A stretch of 64,000 nucleotides of DNA, taken from NCBI GenBank assembly GCA_023450745.1, contig JAEXGR010000026.1, forward strand, positions 8,219-72,218. Direction: 5' to 3'. The DNA comes from Synergistota bacterium. GTDB taxonomy: Bacteria > Synergistota > Synergistia > Synergistales > Synergistaceae. Below are positions 46,997-56,653 of the stretch, piece by piece. Within the stretch, counting starts at the first letter, position 1, and every line of letters begins with the position of its first letter. The notes below the pieces were generated by a model. It did no database searches, had not been told where the DNA came from, and saw only the letters and a program-made list of their open reading frames with translations. The translations under genes and the position numbers were made by a program.

Positions 46997-47941
46997 TTAC
47001 TTTTTGGTAAAGTGCTGCGCGGTCTCGATGTCGCCCTTGACCTGCTTGTTGAACTTGTCGCGGCCCCAGTCGCAGACCTCGATTCCGTCGCGAACGAGGA
47101 AACTGCGCCACTCGGGGTCCTTCGCGACCTTCCGGTTCAGCTCTTCCCACCACTTGTAGGCCTCTTCGGGCGCGCCCTTTTTGATGGCGAAGCCACGCCA
47201 CATTATTTCGTTGTCCAGCCCCTTATACCCAAGCTCCTTGAAGGTGGGGACGTCGGGCAGCTGCGGCAGGCGCTTCACGGCGGAGACGGCCACGATCTTG
47301 TATCCCTTGCGGCCCTGCGTGTCCGCCGGGTTTCCGACGTAGGCGGCGTTCTGTCCCGAGAGGGTGCCCATCATCGCTTCGGGGCCGCTCTTGTAGGGCA
47401 GCCACTTGGCCTTCATGCCGGCCGTTTCCCACACCTTCTGCGCGAAAAGGTGGTCGTTGCCGCCGGTGGCGGGGCCGCCCCATATCTGTTTGCCGCCCTG
47501 TTTTTTCGCCTCTTCGACGAGCTTGGCGAAGGTCGTATAGCCGCCGTTCTCGGAGGTGATGATGCATTCCGGGTCTCTCATCAGCATCGCGACCCATTCA
47601 AAGCCCCACACCATTTCATCGACGCTCTTCTTGGCGGAGACGACCTTGTCCACGACCGACGTCGTCGCGGCAAAGACGGTGTAGCCGTCGGCGGGCTGCT
47701 CGAGCACGGCGCCGATCGCCACAAGCCCGCCGGCGCCGGCGGTGTTTTCGACCACGAACGTGGCGTCGGTATATTTTTTCGCGATGGAGACGAACTTCCG
47801 GCTCGTGACGTCCATCAGTCCGCCGGGGGCCACGTAGTTGACGATCTTTATCGGTTTGTCAGGATATGCCGCGAGAGCCGGGACGGTAGAAGCCGCGATG
47901 ACTGCCGCCGTTACCAGTGAAGTGATCAAACTTTTACGCAT
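46997..47941 (-). CDS. tctC: TTT substrate-binding protein (Bug/TctC)
   Basis: YPDKPI, PGG..D, VEN.AGAGG, PADGYT, LPDVPTFKELG, WRG. Confidence 0.93.
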   Translation of the reverse strand: MRKSLITSLVTAAVIAASTVPALAAYPDKPIKIVNYVAPGGLMDVTSRKFVSIAKKYTDATFVVENTAGAGGLVAIGAVLEQPADGYTVFAATTSVVDKVVSAKKSVDEMVWGFEWVAMLMRDPECIITSENGGYTTFAKLVEEAKKQGGKQIWGGPATGGNDHLFAQKVWETAGMKAKWLPYKSGPEAMMGTLSGQNAAYVGNPADTQGRKGYKIVAVSAVKRLPQLPDVPTFKELGYKGLDNEIMWRGFAIKKGAPEEAYKWWEELNRKVAKDPEWRSFLVRDGIEVCDWGRDKFNKQVKGDIETAQHFTKK

Positions 47942-47972
47942 TGCAAAATTCCTCCTTTGTTTGTGTTGGCGC

Positions 47973-48896
47973 TTATGCCTGGCCTTTAAAGAGTTTATAA
48001 AGCAGCCCGTGACGGAGTCCTCTGTCGCTGACCGTGAATTCTGAGACGCCGCAGAGCTCCATGATCGCCTCGATGATGCAGGCGCCGGCGAGGATGACGT
48101 CGGCGCGCTTCGGCTGGAGCCCCACGATCTCTTTGCGCTCGTCGAGCGTCTTCGCGGCGTAGCTGGCGACCTGGGCGCGCACGTCCGCGAGCGTCAGCTT
48201 CGAGCCCTGGATCACGTCGGGGTCGTAGACTTTCATCTGGTGCTTCACGGAGGCGATGCTTGTGACGTTGCCGCCCATGCCGACGAGGAACTTGGCTCCG
48301 GCGCTCACGCCGCCCTCCGCGAGCTCCCGGCGCACCTGGGCGCGCGCTTCGGCGAGTTTTTCCGGGGCGACCGGCATCTCTGCGAGATAGCTCTCCGTGA
48401 TTCGGATTCCTCCGATATTGAGGCTGAATTTACGTTTCATGACCCCGGCTTCTCCGAAGACGAATTCGGTGCTGCCGCCGCCGGTGTCGAACGAGACGAG
48501 GTTGGCCTCCGCGGCGCCGGGAATGCCGGAGACCACCGCGATATACGAAAGCTGCGCCTCTTCTTCGCCGGGGATGACGCGCGGGTCGATTCCCGTGAGC
48601 TCCCTGACTCTCGCCCTGAATTCGCCGCTGTTTTTTGCCGTGCGCAGGGCCATCGTCCCCACGATCACTATTTCGTCCGCCGCCGCGCCGCGCGCCTCGC
48701 GCACGAATTCGTCCACGGCCTGCGCGTTTCTCTCGAGCGCCTCGGGGGAGATGGTCCCCGTGTCTTTTAGGCCTTCGCCGAGCTTCGCGATGTTGTTCGC
48801 GTCCTTCAGAACGGTGAACGAGCCGTCGCGCGCGGCGCTTTCGGCCAGACAGAATTTGATGGAGTTGGTGCCGATGTCGATGACCGCCTTTTTCAT
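47973..48896 (-). CDS. Ppx/GppA family phosphatase (short, 307 aa)
   Basis: DIGTNSIK, GEEEAQLSY, DTGGGSTE, RADVILAG, SDRGLRHG. Confidence 0.92.
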   Translation of the reverse strand: MKKAVIDIGTNSIKFCLAESAARDGSFTVLKDANNIAKLGEGLKDTGTISPEALERNAQAVDEFVREARGAAADEIVIVGTMALRTAKNSGEFRARVRELTGIDPRVIPGEEEAQLSYIAVVSGIPGAAEANLVSFDTGGGSTEFVFGEAGVMKRKFSLNIGGIRITESYLAEMPVAPEKLAEARAQVRRELAEGGVSAGAKFLVGMGGNVTSIASVKHQMKVYDPDVIQGSKLTLADVRAQVASYAAKTLDERKEIVGLQPKRADVILAGACIIEAIMELCGVSEFTVSDRGLRHGLLYKLFKGQA

Positions 48897-49483
48897 TATT
48901 TGATCATCCCCACTGATTTCTTCATCGCCTGGATGTAATTGACGTTGGGCGCCCCTTCAAGTCCGAGCTTTTTGACGACGGAGATGACGAGCTCCGGGTC
49001 CTCGTGCTCTACGCAGATCGTGCGCCACGGCCGGCCGTTGAAGGAGGTCTCCGCGATCTCGGCCGTCGTTCCCTCTATCTTGTAGATGTCGCGGCTCTTT
49101 TTCACTTCGACGAGTTCGAGGTCGGCGCACGGACGGATCACTTCGTCGAGGAACTGTTCGTACGTGTATTCCGCGCGTTTGAACTCCGGCGCTTCCGCCT
49201 TGAATATCTTAAAGAGGCCGGCAAGCGTCTCCGCCGCAATGGGGAAGCCCGTCTTCAGCACCGGCATCCATTGTTCGAGCTTGTCGCCGTTTACGTTCTG
49301 CAGCGACTTGACGTCGACGACGTCAAAGCGGATCTTGATGTTCTCGTCGCTCTTCTTTGAGAGGATATAAAGCTCCTCCGTCTTTTTGCTGCCGTCCATT
49401 CCCAACGCGCGAACCGCCTCCTCGCATTTGCCGAACGAGCCGGTTCCAAAGGTTCTCCATTCCCAGCGTGCGATGATTCCCAT
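48896..49483 (-). CDS. CYTH/triphosphate-tunnel-like protein, RWEWR variant (copy 1)
   Basis: RWEWR, ELY, IKIR, DVK, VKKSRDIY, CVE, NY in CYTH order; its stop overlaps the ppx start. The fold call is inference. Confidence 0.7.
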   Translation of the reverse strand: MGIIARWEWRTFGTGSFGKCEEAVRALGMDGSKKTEELYILSKKSDENIKIRFDVVDVKSLQNVNGDKLEQWMPVLKTGFPIAAETLAGLFKIFKAEAPEFKRAEYTYEQFLDEVIRPCADLELVEVKKSRDIYKIEGTTAEIAETSFNGRPWRTICVEHEDPELVISVVKKLGLEGAPNVNYIQAMKKSVGMIK

Positions 49484-49516
49484 GCATAAAAACCCCTTTC
49501 GTTTTCGTTGCTTCAC

Positions 49517-49565
49517 AAAATAAAAAATGCGGAACAAGCCACCATCAACCGGCGTTGTTCCGCAT
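49517..49565 (-). terminator. Intrinsic terminator T2 in the leader of the CYTH-ppx-tct operon
   Basis: atgcggaacaa / ttgttccgcat stem, then a U-rich tract on the minus strand. Confidence 0.75.
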
Positions 49566-49573
49566 CGCAATAT

Positions 49574-49617
49574 AAAAAAATACAGAACAACTCTCCTGCT
49601 GAAAGTTATTCTGTATT
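49574..49617 (-). terminator. Intrinsic terminator T1 in the same leader
   Basis: aatacagaacaact / agttattctgtatt stem, then a U-run on the minus strand. Confidence 0.7.
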
Positions 49618-49642
49618 GTGCATATCCCGCTTACTGCTGTGA

Positions 49643-49671
49643 ATGATATAACTAGCGGTTCGATATGTCAA
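49643..49671 (-). promoter_or_regulatory. Sigma70-type promoter
   Basis: Minus-strand TTGACA (49671-49666)-17 bp-TATCAT (49648-49643). Confidence 0.7.
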
Positions 49672-50229
49672 TTAGATTTTTAAAAAGTGTTTCAAAAGCG
49701 TTACATAGTTTGCCGTTGCTTTACCGTCAAGGCGGCAGCCGCGGACGAAGTATTCCACCTGTTCCGGCTTTTCGCTCTCGACGCAGAGCGTCCACTTTGT
49801 GCGTCCCGCGAAAGAGGCCGTCCCGGCCTCGATTATCGTATCTTCGATCATGTAGATGTCGCGCTCCTTCACGACCTCTATCATGGCGAGAGGCCCTCCC
49901 GCGGGAAATGATTCGCGGCCCAGGGCGCGGGGAAACGGCGTGCCGATGAAGCCGGTTATCGTGGTGGCGTCAGCGGCGTCCGGCGGAAACGGCGATTTGA
50001 AAGCCGGCCGCCACAGCTCCGTCCCAAAGGGCGAAACGCCGACGCGGATCTTGACGTCGAGGACGCCGGCGCGTATTTTGAGGTTGGCCTCCGTAAGCCT
50101 CGAGAGGACATATAAATCCGTGCCCCGCTTGCGGTTGGCGCGGCGCAGCTTTTGAAAAACAGGCGCTATGGAAAGAAAGGGGGCGTCTGAGAATATCCGC
50201 CATTCCCACCGGGATGCCGCCGTCCCCAT
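49672..50229 (-). CDS. CYTH-like protein, RWEWR variant (copy 2)
   Basis: RWEWR, DLY, LKIR, DVK, VVKERDIY, CVE, NY; paralogue of 48896-49483. Confidence 0.7.
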   Translation of the reverse strand: MGTAASRWEWRIFSDAPFLSIAPVFQKLRRANRKRGTDLYVLSRLTEANLKIRAGVLDVKIRVGVSPFGTELWRPAFKSPFPPDAADATTITGFIGTPFPRALGRESFPAGGPLAMIEVVKERDIYMIEDTIIEAGTASFAGRTKWTLCVESEKPEQVEYFVRGCRLDGKATANYVTLLKHFLKI

Positions 50230-50234
50230 TTCCG

Positions 50235-51842
50235 CTATGCGATCGCCTTCGCCACTATCCGCCGCGCCTCTTCGTTGATCGCGGCAAGATGCTCTTCGCT
50301 CTTAAAGCTCTCGGCGTAGATCTTATAGATGTCCTCCGTGCCGGAGGGGCGGGCGGCGAACCAGCCGTTTCCCGTCGCGACCTTGAGTCCGTCGATCGGC
50401 GCGCCGTTGCCGGGGGCGGCGGTGAGCTTCGCCGTGATCTTTTCGCCCGCCAGCGTCTTTGCCGTGACGTCGGCGGGAGAGAGCTTTTTGAGCTTCCCTT
50501 TCTCTTCGCGCGAGGCGGGGGCGTCTTTGCGCGAATAGTGCGGCGTGCCGAAGCGCGCCGTCATCGCGCGGTAGTGCTCGGAAGGGGATTTGCCGGTGAC
50601 CGCCGTGATCTCCGCCGCGAGCAGGCTCATGATGAAGCCGTCCTTGTCGGTGCTCCAGGCCGTTCCGTCCTTGCGCAGGAAGGAGGCGCCGGCGCTCTCC
50701 TCGCCGCCGAAGGCGAGCTCGCCCGCAAGCAGCCCGTCGACGAACCATTTGAAGCCGACGGGGACCTCGTAGAGCCTGCGGCCAAGGGCTGATGCCACGC
50801 GGTCGATCATCGAGCTGGAGACGAGCGTCTTGCCCGCCATCGACGCTGCGCGCCACAGCGGGCGGTGCGTGAAGAGGTACTCGATCGCGACGGCGAGGTA
50901 GGCGTTCGGCTGCATGAGGCCGTCCTTTGTGACGATGCCGTGGCGGTCGTAATCGGGGTCGTTTCCGAACGCGATATCGTATTTATCCTTGAGCGCGACG
51001 AGCTTTGCCATCGCCCACGGCGAGGAGCAGTCCATGCGCACCTTGCCGTCATGGTCGAGCGGCATGAAGGAGAAGGTCGGATCGACGGCTTTGTTTGTAA
51101 CCTCAATGTCCAGGCCGTACCGTTCCGCGATCGGTTCCCAGAAGAAGATTCCCGAGCCGCCGAGCGGGTCGGCGCCTATCTTCAGGCCGGAGGCCGCGAT
51201 CGCCGCCATATCGATGATCTCGCCGAGCTCCGACGTATATTGCGAGACATAATCGATGAAGCGCACGTTGGCGCGCGAGAGCGCCTCTTTAAAACCGACG
51301 CGTTTTACGCCGTTCAGTTTGTTTTCGATCAGTTCGTTGGCGCGCGCTTCGATCAGCTTCGTGATCTCCGTCCCCGCGGGGCCGCCGCTTGGGGGATTAT
51401 ATTTGAAACCGCCGTCCTGAGGGGGGTTGTGCGACGGCGTGATGACGACGCCGTCGGCCACGGGGGCGTCCTTCTGTCTGTTCCAGCCGAGTATCGCGTG
51501 CGAGATCACCGGGGTCGGCGTGTAGGTGAAATTTTTCTGCAGGCGCAGCTCGACGCCGCCCGCCGCGAAGACCTCGACCGCCGTGCGCAGCGCCGCCTCC
51601 GAGAGCGCGTGGGTGTCCATCCCCATGAAGAGAGGCCCCGTGATCCGCCGCGTTTGCCGGTATTCGCAGATCGCCTGCGCGATGGCCGCGATATGGTCGT
51701 CGTTGAAGCTGTCCTTTACCGAGGAGCCGCGGTGGCCGGAGGTGCCAAAGGATACTCGCTGTCCCTTGTCGGTCATATCCGGGCGCTCGGTATAGTAGGC
51801 TGTCATCAGCCTGGGAATATTTATTTCTGGACGTTCAGCCAT
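50235..51842 (-). CDS. pgm: Phosphoglucomutase (E. coli Pgm type)
   Basis: [46 protein letters not shown]. Confidence 0.95.
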   Translation of the reverse strand: MAERPEINIPRLMTAYYTERPDMTDKGQRVSFGTSGHRGSSVKDSFNDDHIAAIAQAICEYRQTRRITGPLFMGMDTHALSEAALRTAVEVFAAGGVELRLQKNFTYTPTPVISHAILGWNRQKDAPVADGVVITPSHNPPQDGGFKYNPPSGGPAGTEITKLIEARANELIENKLNGVKRVGFKEALSRANVRFIDYVSQYTSELGEIIDMAAIAASGLKIGADPLGGSGIFFWEPIAERYGLDIEVTNKAVDPTFSFMPLDHDGKVRMDCSSPWAMAKLVALKDKYDIAFGNDPDYDRHGIVTKDGLMQPNAYLAVAIEYLFTHRPLWRAASMAGKTLVSSSMIDRVASALGRRLYEVPVGFKWFVDGLLAGELAFGGEESAGASFLRKDGTAWSTDKDGFIMSLLAAEITAVTGKSPSEHYRAMTARFGTPHYSRKDAPASREEKGKLKKLSPADVTAKTLAGEKITAKLTAAPGNGAPIDGLKVATGNGWFAARPSGTEDIYKIYAESFKSEEHLAAINEEARRIVAKAIA

Positions 51843-51954
51843 AGCTGTTCCCCTCCTCTTGATATTAAGAAGCCGTGTTTTCACCCGTTATTATATAACA
51901 TCGGCGAAGACACGGCTCTGGTGTATTGGAGGGTGTTTTATTGAAAAGACGCTT

Positions 51955-53244
51955 TTATGAGTGGATATGTTCCACCATTTTCACGAAAAGCTCGACGGCG
52001 GGAGCGAGCACGCCCTCGTCAAAATCAAAGGCCTTGTCGTGAAAGCTGGCGGTGAAGTCGGCGCCGAGGCCGATATAACTGCCGACGCCGCCGTTTTTCT
52101 GGACGCGGCGCAGCATCTCCGAGGCGTCGTCGCTGCCGCCGACGCTGCCGACGTCATGGAACTCCGTAAACCAGGGGATCGTTCTCGCGCATTGCATGGC
52201 GATCTCTATCGCCTTATCGTCCGAGGCGCCCGAAGAGGATTTCCCGATCAGGACGACCTCGCATGCCACCTCATAGGCCTCCGCCGCTCCTTTGACGACG
52301 GCGAGCATCTTTTTTTCGCCATATTCGGCGACGGTGTCGTTCTCCCCGCGCACCTCGACCTCCATGTAGGCGTCCGCCGCTATCGTGTTGCGCGAGCTCC
52401 CCGCGTGCATGACGCCGACGTTTTGATGGAACTCGCCCTGGCAGTGCGGCGGGATCGTGTGTATACCCAGCGCCGCGACGCAGGAGGCGAGCAGCGCGTT
52501 TTTGCCGTCGTTGGGATTGCCGCAGGGGTGCGCGGCCTTGCCTTTATAGATGACGTTGTACCTGCGGCTGTCGAGGAAATCCTTCGCGCCGCCGATGATG
52601 CCATGCGAGGGCAGCGGACGGCCGTCCAGCTGCGTGAGGCCGACGTGGCCGGCGAAGAAGTAGTCGACGTCGTCCAGGCAGCCGCGTTCTACGATGCCGC
52701 GCGCGCCGCCGCCGCCCTCCTCCGCGGGCTGAAAGATCAGCTTGATCCGGCCGCGCAGAGAATCCTTTATCTTTATCAGCTCCTCCGCGACGACCATTCC
52801 GATGGCGGTATGGCCGTCGTGGCCGCAGGCGTGGCACGAGCCTTCGTTTATCGAGACGTAACCTTCTTTTACCGGCCTGTGATCGGGGGAATCCGTCTCG
52901 GAAAAGGGGAGCGCGTCAATGTCGAAGCGGAAGGCCGTTACCGGCCCTTCTCTGCCGGTGTCGATGATTCCCATCACGCCGGGCAGCCCGCACATTTTTT
53001 CCACCAGCGCCGGCTCCGCGCCCTGCGCGACGGCGCGCCGCTTCTCCTCGGCGATCTTTTCTTCCGAGGGGTACTGGAACTGCATTCCTTTTACGGAAAG
53101 GTCCTCGCCCATAACGACGGGAATGCCGAGCGTCATCAGGTGTCTTGTCACGATCGAGGCGGTGCGGTATTCTTTCCACATCGATTCGGCGTGTCTGTGA
53201 AAATCCCGGCGCAGCTCTATCAGTCTCTTTTCCATCTCTTCCAT
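51955..53244 (-). CDS. M20 amidohydrolase (AbgA-like)
   Basis: RRDFHRHAE, RFDIDAL, HACGHDGH, FQPAEEG, GSDDA. Confidence 0.9.
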   Translation of the reverse strand: MEEMEKRLIELRRDFHRHAESMWKEYRTASIVTRHLMTLGIPVVMGEDLSVKGMQFQYPSEEKIAEEKRRAVAQGAEPALVEKMCGLPGVMGIIDTGREGPVTAFRFDIDALPFSETDSPDHRPVKEGYVSINEGSCHACGHDGHTAIGMVVAEELIKIKDSLRGRIKLIFQPAEEGGGGARGIVERGCLDDVDYFFAGHVGLTQLDGRPLPSHGIIGGAKDFLDSRRYNVIYKGKAAHPCGNPNDGKNALLASCVAALGIHTIPPHCQGEFHQNVGVMHAGSSRNTIAADAYMEVEVRGENDTVAEYGEKKMLAVVKGAAEAYEVACEVVLIGKSSSGASDDKAIEIAMQCARTIPWFTEFHDVGSVGGSDDASEMLRRVQKNGGVGSYIGLGADFTASFHDKAFDFDEGVLAPAVELFVKMVEHIHS

Positions 53245-53322
53245 CTTTTCATCTCCTGTGCTTATCCATTATACCCGCGGCATGGAGCGCCCATGCCGCG
53301 GAATTTTCGCCGGCCGCCGCGC

Positions 53323-54888
53323 TTACATATATATATTGGCGCCGGGGCCGAGCGGCAGGTCGAACGCATACCAGAATACGAGTAGCGCGATGAATCCGAG
53401 CATATAGGCGACGCTGAAGGGGATGGAGAGTGAAATCAGCGTGCCCACGCCGACCTTCTGGTTCTCGTTCGTGCGGTAGGCCTCCAACATGCCGAGTATT
53501 ACCGGGACATAATAGTCGATGGGGGAGATGATGTTCGTGCAGGTGTCGCCGATCCTGTAGATGAGCTGCGTCATCGCGGGGGAAATGTTGACCATCGCGA
53601 GCATCGGGACGAAGACGGGGCCGAGGATCAGCCACTTTGCCACGCCCGAAGTGATGAAGATGTTCACGCAGGTGCAGATCAGGATGAAGAGCAGGAAGAG
53701 CGGGATTCCGGAGATATCGGCCGCCTTAAGGACCTCCGCGCCCTTGACCGCGAGCACCGTCGGCAGCTGGCTTTCGTTGAAAAGCTCGATGAAGAAGGCC
53801 GCAGGCAGCGCCACGACGAGGAAGCTGAGGATGCCCTTGAGCGACTCCTGCATCATTCCCGGGATGTCGTTGATCGATTTTATCGTCTTGGCCGCGTAAC
53901 CGTAGGAGATGCCGATCGTGCAGAAGAAGAAAAAGAGCAGCGCCACGACGTTGTTGAGCAGCGGCGAGCGAGGCACGAAGCCGCCGTCGGCGTTGCGGAG
54001 GAATGAACCCGCGGGCAGCGCCATCGCCACGAGGGCGACGATGAAGATGAGCGCCGCCGTGCCCGCCACACGCAGGCCTCTTGTCTCCTCGGCGGACAGC
54101 TGGTGCTTCGCGAGCTCAGAAGTGTCGATTTCGTCGATCCTGCCGCCGTGAAGATGCGGGATGAGGAAGTATTTGCAGACGATGACCGTGCATATCGTCA
54201 GCACCACCGTGCCGGCGATGAGGAAGTACCAGTTCATCAGCGGAGATATCGGATAGTTGATGTTATTGCCGGTGCAGATCGACTCCGTGATCCCCGCCAG
54301 CAGCGCGTCGGTGCCCGCGATGAAGAAGTTGGCCGTATAGCCGCCGTTGGCCGCCGCGTAACCGGCGATGATGCCGACCCAGGGGTTCATGCCGATCGAC
54401 TTGAGCATCGCCGCCGCCACCAGCGGCGTAAAGACGACGCCCGCGTCCGAGGCTAAGTTGGCGTTGATGCCGACGAAAGCCACGATGGCGATGATCCACT
54501 GTACGGGCGCGCCCAGGATCATCTTTCTCATCGCCGCCGTGATGAAGCCCGACTTTTCCGCCAGACCGATGGCCATCATCATGATCAGCACGATGCCGAT
54601 GGGATAGAAGCCGCCGTACACCCCCGCGAAATTGCCGAAGTACTTGTTGAGGATCTCAATGCTCAGAAGACTTTTGACGGCGACGGTCTTCATCGCCGGC
54701 GCGACGGTGGGGTCTTTGGACGCCGCGAGGTAGGTGACCGAGAAATTGGTTGCTGCGAGGATCGCGGAGAGCCCGACGACGAACACGATCAGGAAGGTGA
54801 AGATCCAAAACGGATGCGGGAGCTTGTTGCCCACCCGTTCGACGCCGCTGATAAAGCGTTCCATAAGACTCTTTTTGGTACCAGACAT
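53323..54888 (-). CDS. abgT: AbgT family transporter
   Basis: VERVGNKLPHP, GYTAN, NWYF, SGVAKW, YRIGD, LPLGPG. Confidence 0.92.
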   Translation of the reverse strand: MSGTKKSLMERFISGVERVGNKLPHPFWIFTFLIVFVVGLSAILAATNFSVTYLAASKDPTVAPAMKTVAVKSLLSIEILNKYFGNFAGVYGGFYPIGIVLIMMMAIGLAEKSGFITAAMRKMILGAPVQWIIAIVAFVGINANLASDAGVVFTPLVAAAMLKSIGMNPWVGIIAGYAAANGGYTANFFIAGTDALLAGITESICTGNNINYPISPLMNWYFLIAGTVVLTICTVIVCKYFLIPHLHGGRIDEIDTSELAKHQLSAEETRGLRVAGTAALIFIVALVAMALPAGSFLRNADGGFVPRSPLLNNVVALLFFFFCTIGISYGYAAKTIKSINDIPGMMQESLKGILSFLVVALPAAFFIELFNESQLPTVLAVKGAEVLKAADISGIPLFLLFILICTCVNIFITSGVAKWLILGPVFVPMLAMVNISPAMTQLIYRIGDTCTNIISPIDYYVPVILGMLEAYRTNENQKVGVGTLISLSIPFSVAYMLGFIALLVFWYAFDLPLGPGANIYM

Positions 54889-55331
54889 ACAGTATTGCCT
54901 CCTTACAAATTATCGCCGGAAGATATCAGTCCGGCATTTTAATGAATATAACGGTGCCGCACATATTGGGCCTGCCCGCTTTTGCCGATAGGCCCGTAAT
55001 GTACAAATATAGGTTATCTGAATATAGGATGTATGTGCTATAACGGAAATTGTGAAAGACGATTAACGTTTTTTACTAACGCTTTGTCGCGGGCCGCGGT
55101 CTTTCGCCGGCGAGGCGGCGGCCGCAAGGCGGCGTTTGCCCGCGTGAGAAGCCGCGCCTCCGCCTGTGATGATGAAGGCGCGGATAAGTCTTTAAAGCGC
55201 GGCGTCGTGTAGTGCAAAGCATGACAATTTTCTTAGCGTTTTTCCCTATTGAGGCAGAAGGACCTTTTCGTGTACCTTTTCACATAAAGATTGGCCGCAG
55301 CAAATTTATAAAATATTGAGGGAGGAAGAAC

Positions 55332-56639
55332 ATGAGACTAGAAATTGGCAAGTTTAAAGTCAAAGATATCGTCTTTGGCGATAAAACGGCTTATTGCAAC
55401 GGCGTTCTCACGGTGGACCGGGAGGATGCGCTGAAGGTCGTCCGCGAAGACAAACATATTACGGACGCGGAGCTGAAGGTCGTCCATCCCGGCGACATGG
55501 TCAGGCTGTGCCCCGTAAAGGATTCGATAGAGTTCCGCTGCAAAGTGGAGGGCGGCGAGGGGGCCTATCCCGGAGTGACCTCTCCGCTCGGCCAGGCCGG
55601 AATGGGCCGGACGCATGTCCTTGACGGCGTAACGCTTCTTTCGGTGGGCAAACATTGGGGCGGTTTCCAGGACGGTCTGATCGATATGGGCGGCCCCTAC
55701 CAGCACTACACGATCTGGGGCGATATGCCGAACCTGGTTCTCATCGCCGACACTGACGAGCTTGACGAACAGCGCGAACAGCAGAAGAAGAACCACGCGA
55801 TCCGCTGGGCGGGGCTGCGCCTTGCCGAGCATCTCGCGCAGTGCGTGCGCGGGATGGAACCGGAGGAGCTGGACGTTTACGAGCTGCCGCCGCTTGCGGA
55901 GCGCGGCGAAGAGGTGAAAAAACTTCCCGGCGTCGTCTATGTGCTCCAGCCGCAGACCCAGATGGAGGCTCTTGGCTACAACACGCTCGTATATGGCTGG
56001 GACGGCAACAGAATGCTCCCCACCTTTATGCACCCCAATGAATTTCTTGACGGCTGCCTCGTTTCCGGCAGCTTCATGCCCAGCTCGTCGAAGATTTCGA
56101 CTTATGAGTTCTCGACAAACCCGATGATCAAACGCCTCTATGCCCAGCATGGCAAGACGATCAACTTCCTCGGCGTCATCCTCTCCACGCTGAACCCGAA
56201 GATGGAAGAGAAACAGCGCTGCGTACAGATCGCGGGGCAGATCGCCGTCGCCGTCGGCGCGAAGGGCGCCGTCGTCGCCGAAGAGGGCTACGGCAACCCA
56301 GACGTCGACTATACGGCGATGCTTGTCGAGCTTGAGAGGCTCGGCATCAAAACAATCGGCCTCTCTGACGAGGCCACCGGCAGAGACGGCGCTTCGCAGC
56401 CGCTCGTGTCGATGAATCCCGCCACCGACGCGCTTGTCACGACCGGAAACGTCTCCCAGTTCTACGAGATGCCCGCGCTTGAGGTCATCGGGGAACTCGA
56501 GGCGCTCGCGCGCGACGGCAACTCCGGCGGCTGGGAAGGCTGCATCAATCCGGACGGCAGCTGTGTGATGGAAAACAACGGCATGTTCTGCGCGAACCAC
56601 ATCAGCGGCTATTCACGCAGAAGCTGCGCTGATTTCTAA
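55332..56639 (+). CDS. grdI: Glycine/sarcosine/betaine reductase component B non-Sec subunit, betaine (GrdI)-type
   Basis: MRLEIG, G.GRTHVL.G, FQDGLIDM.G, EEGYGNPDVD, GRDGASQPL; SGSFMPSSSK has no Cys at the GrdE pyruvoyl site. Confidence 0.8.
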   Translation: MRLEIGKFKVKDIVFGDKTAYCNGVLTVDREDALKVVREDKHITDAELKVVHPGDMVRLCPVKDSIEFRCKVEGGEGAYPGVTSPLGQAGMGRTHVLDGVTLLSVGKHWGGFQDGLIDMGGPYQHYTIWGDMPNLVLIADTDELDEQREQQKKNHAIRWAGLRLAEHLAQCVRGMEPEELDVYELPPLAERGEEVKKLPGVVYVLQPQTQMEALGYNTLVYGWDGNRMLPTFMHPNEFLDGCLVSGSFMPSSSKISTYEFSTNPMIKRLYAQHGKTINFLGVILSTLNPKMEEKQRCVQIAGQIAVAVGAKGAVVAEEGYGNPDVDYTAMLVELERLGIKTIGLSDEATGRDGASQPLVSMNPATDALVTTGNVSQFYEMPALEVIGELEALARDGNSGGWEGCINPDGSCVMENNGMFCANHISGYSRRSCADF

Positions 56640-56653
56640 GGGAGGCTAAATAG

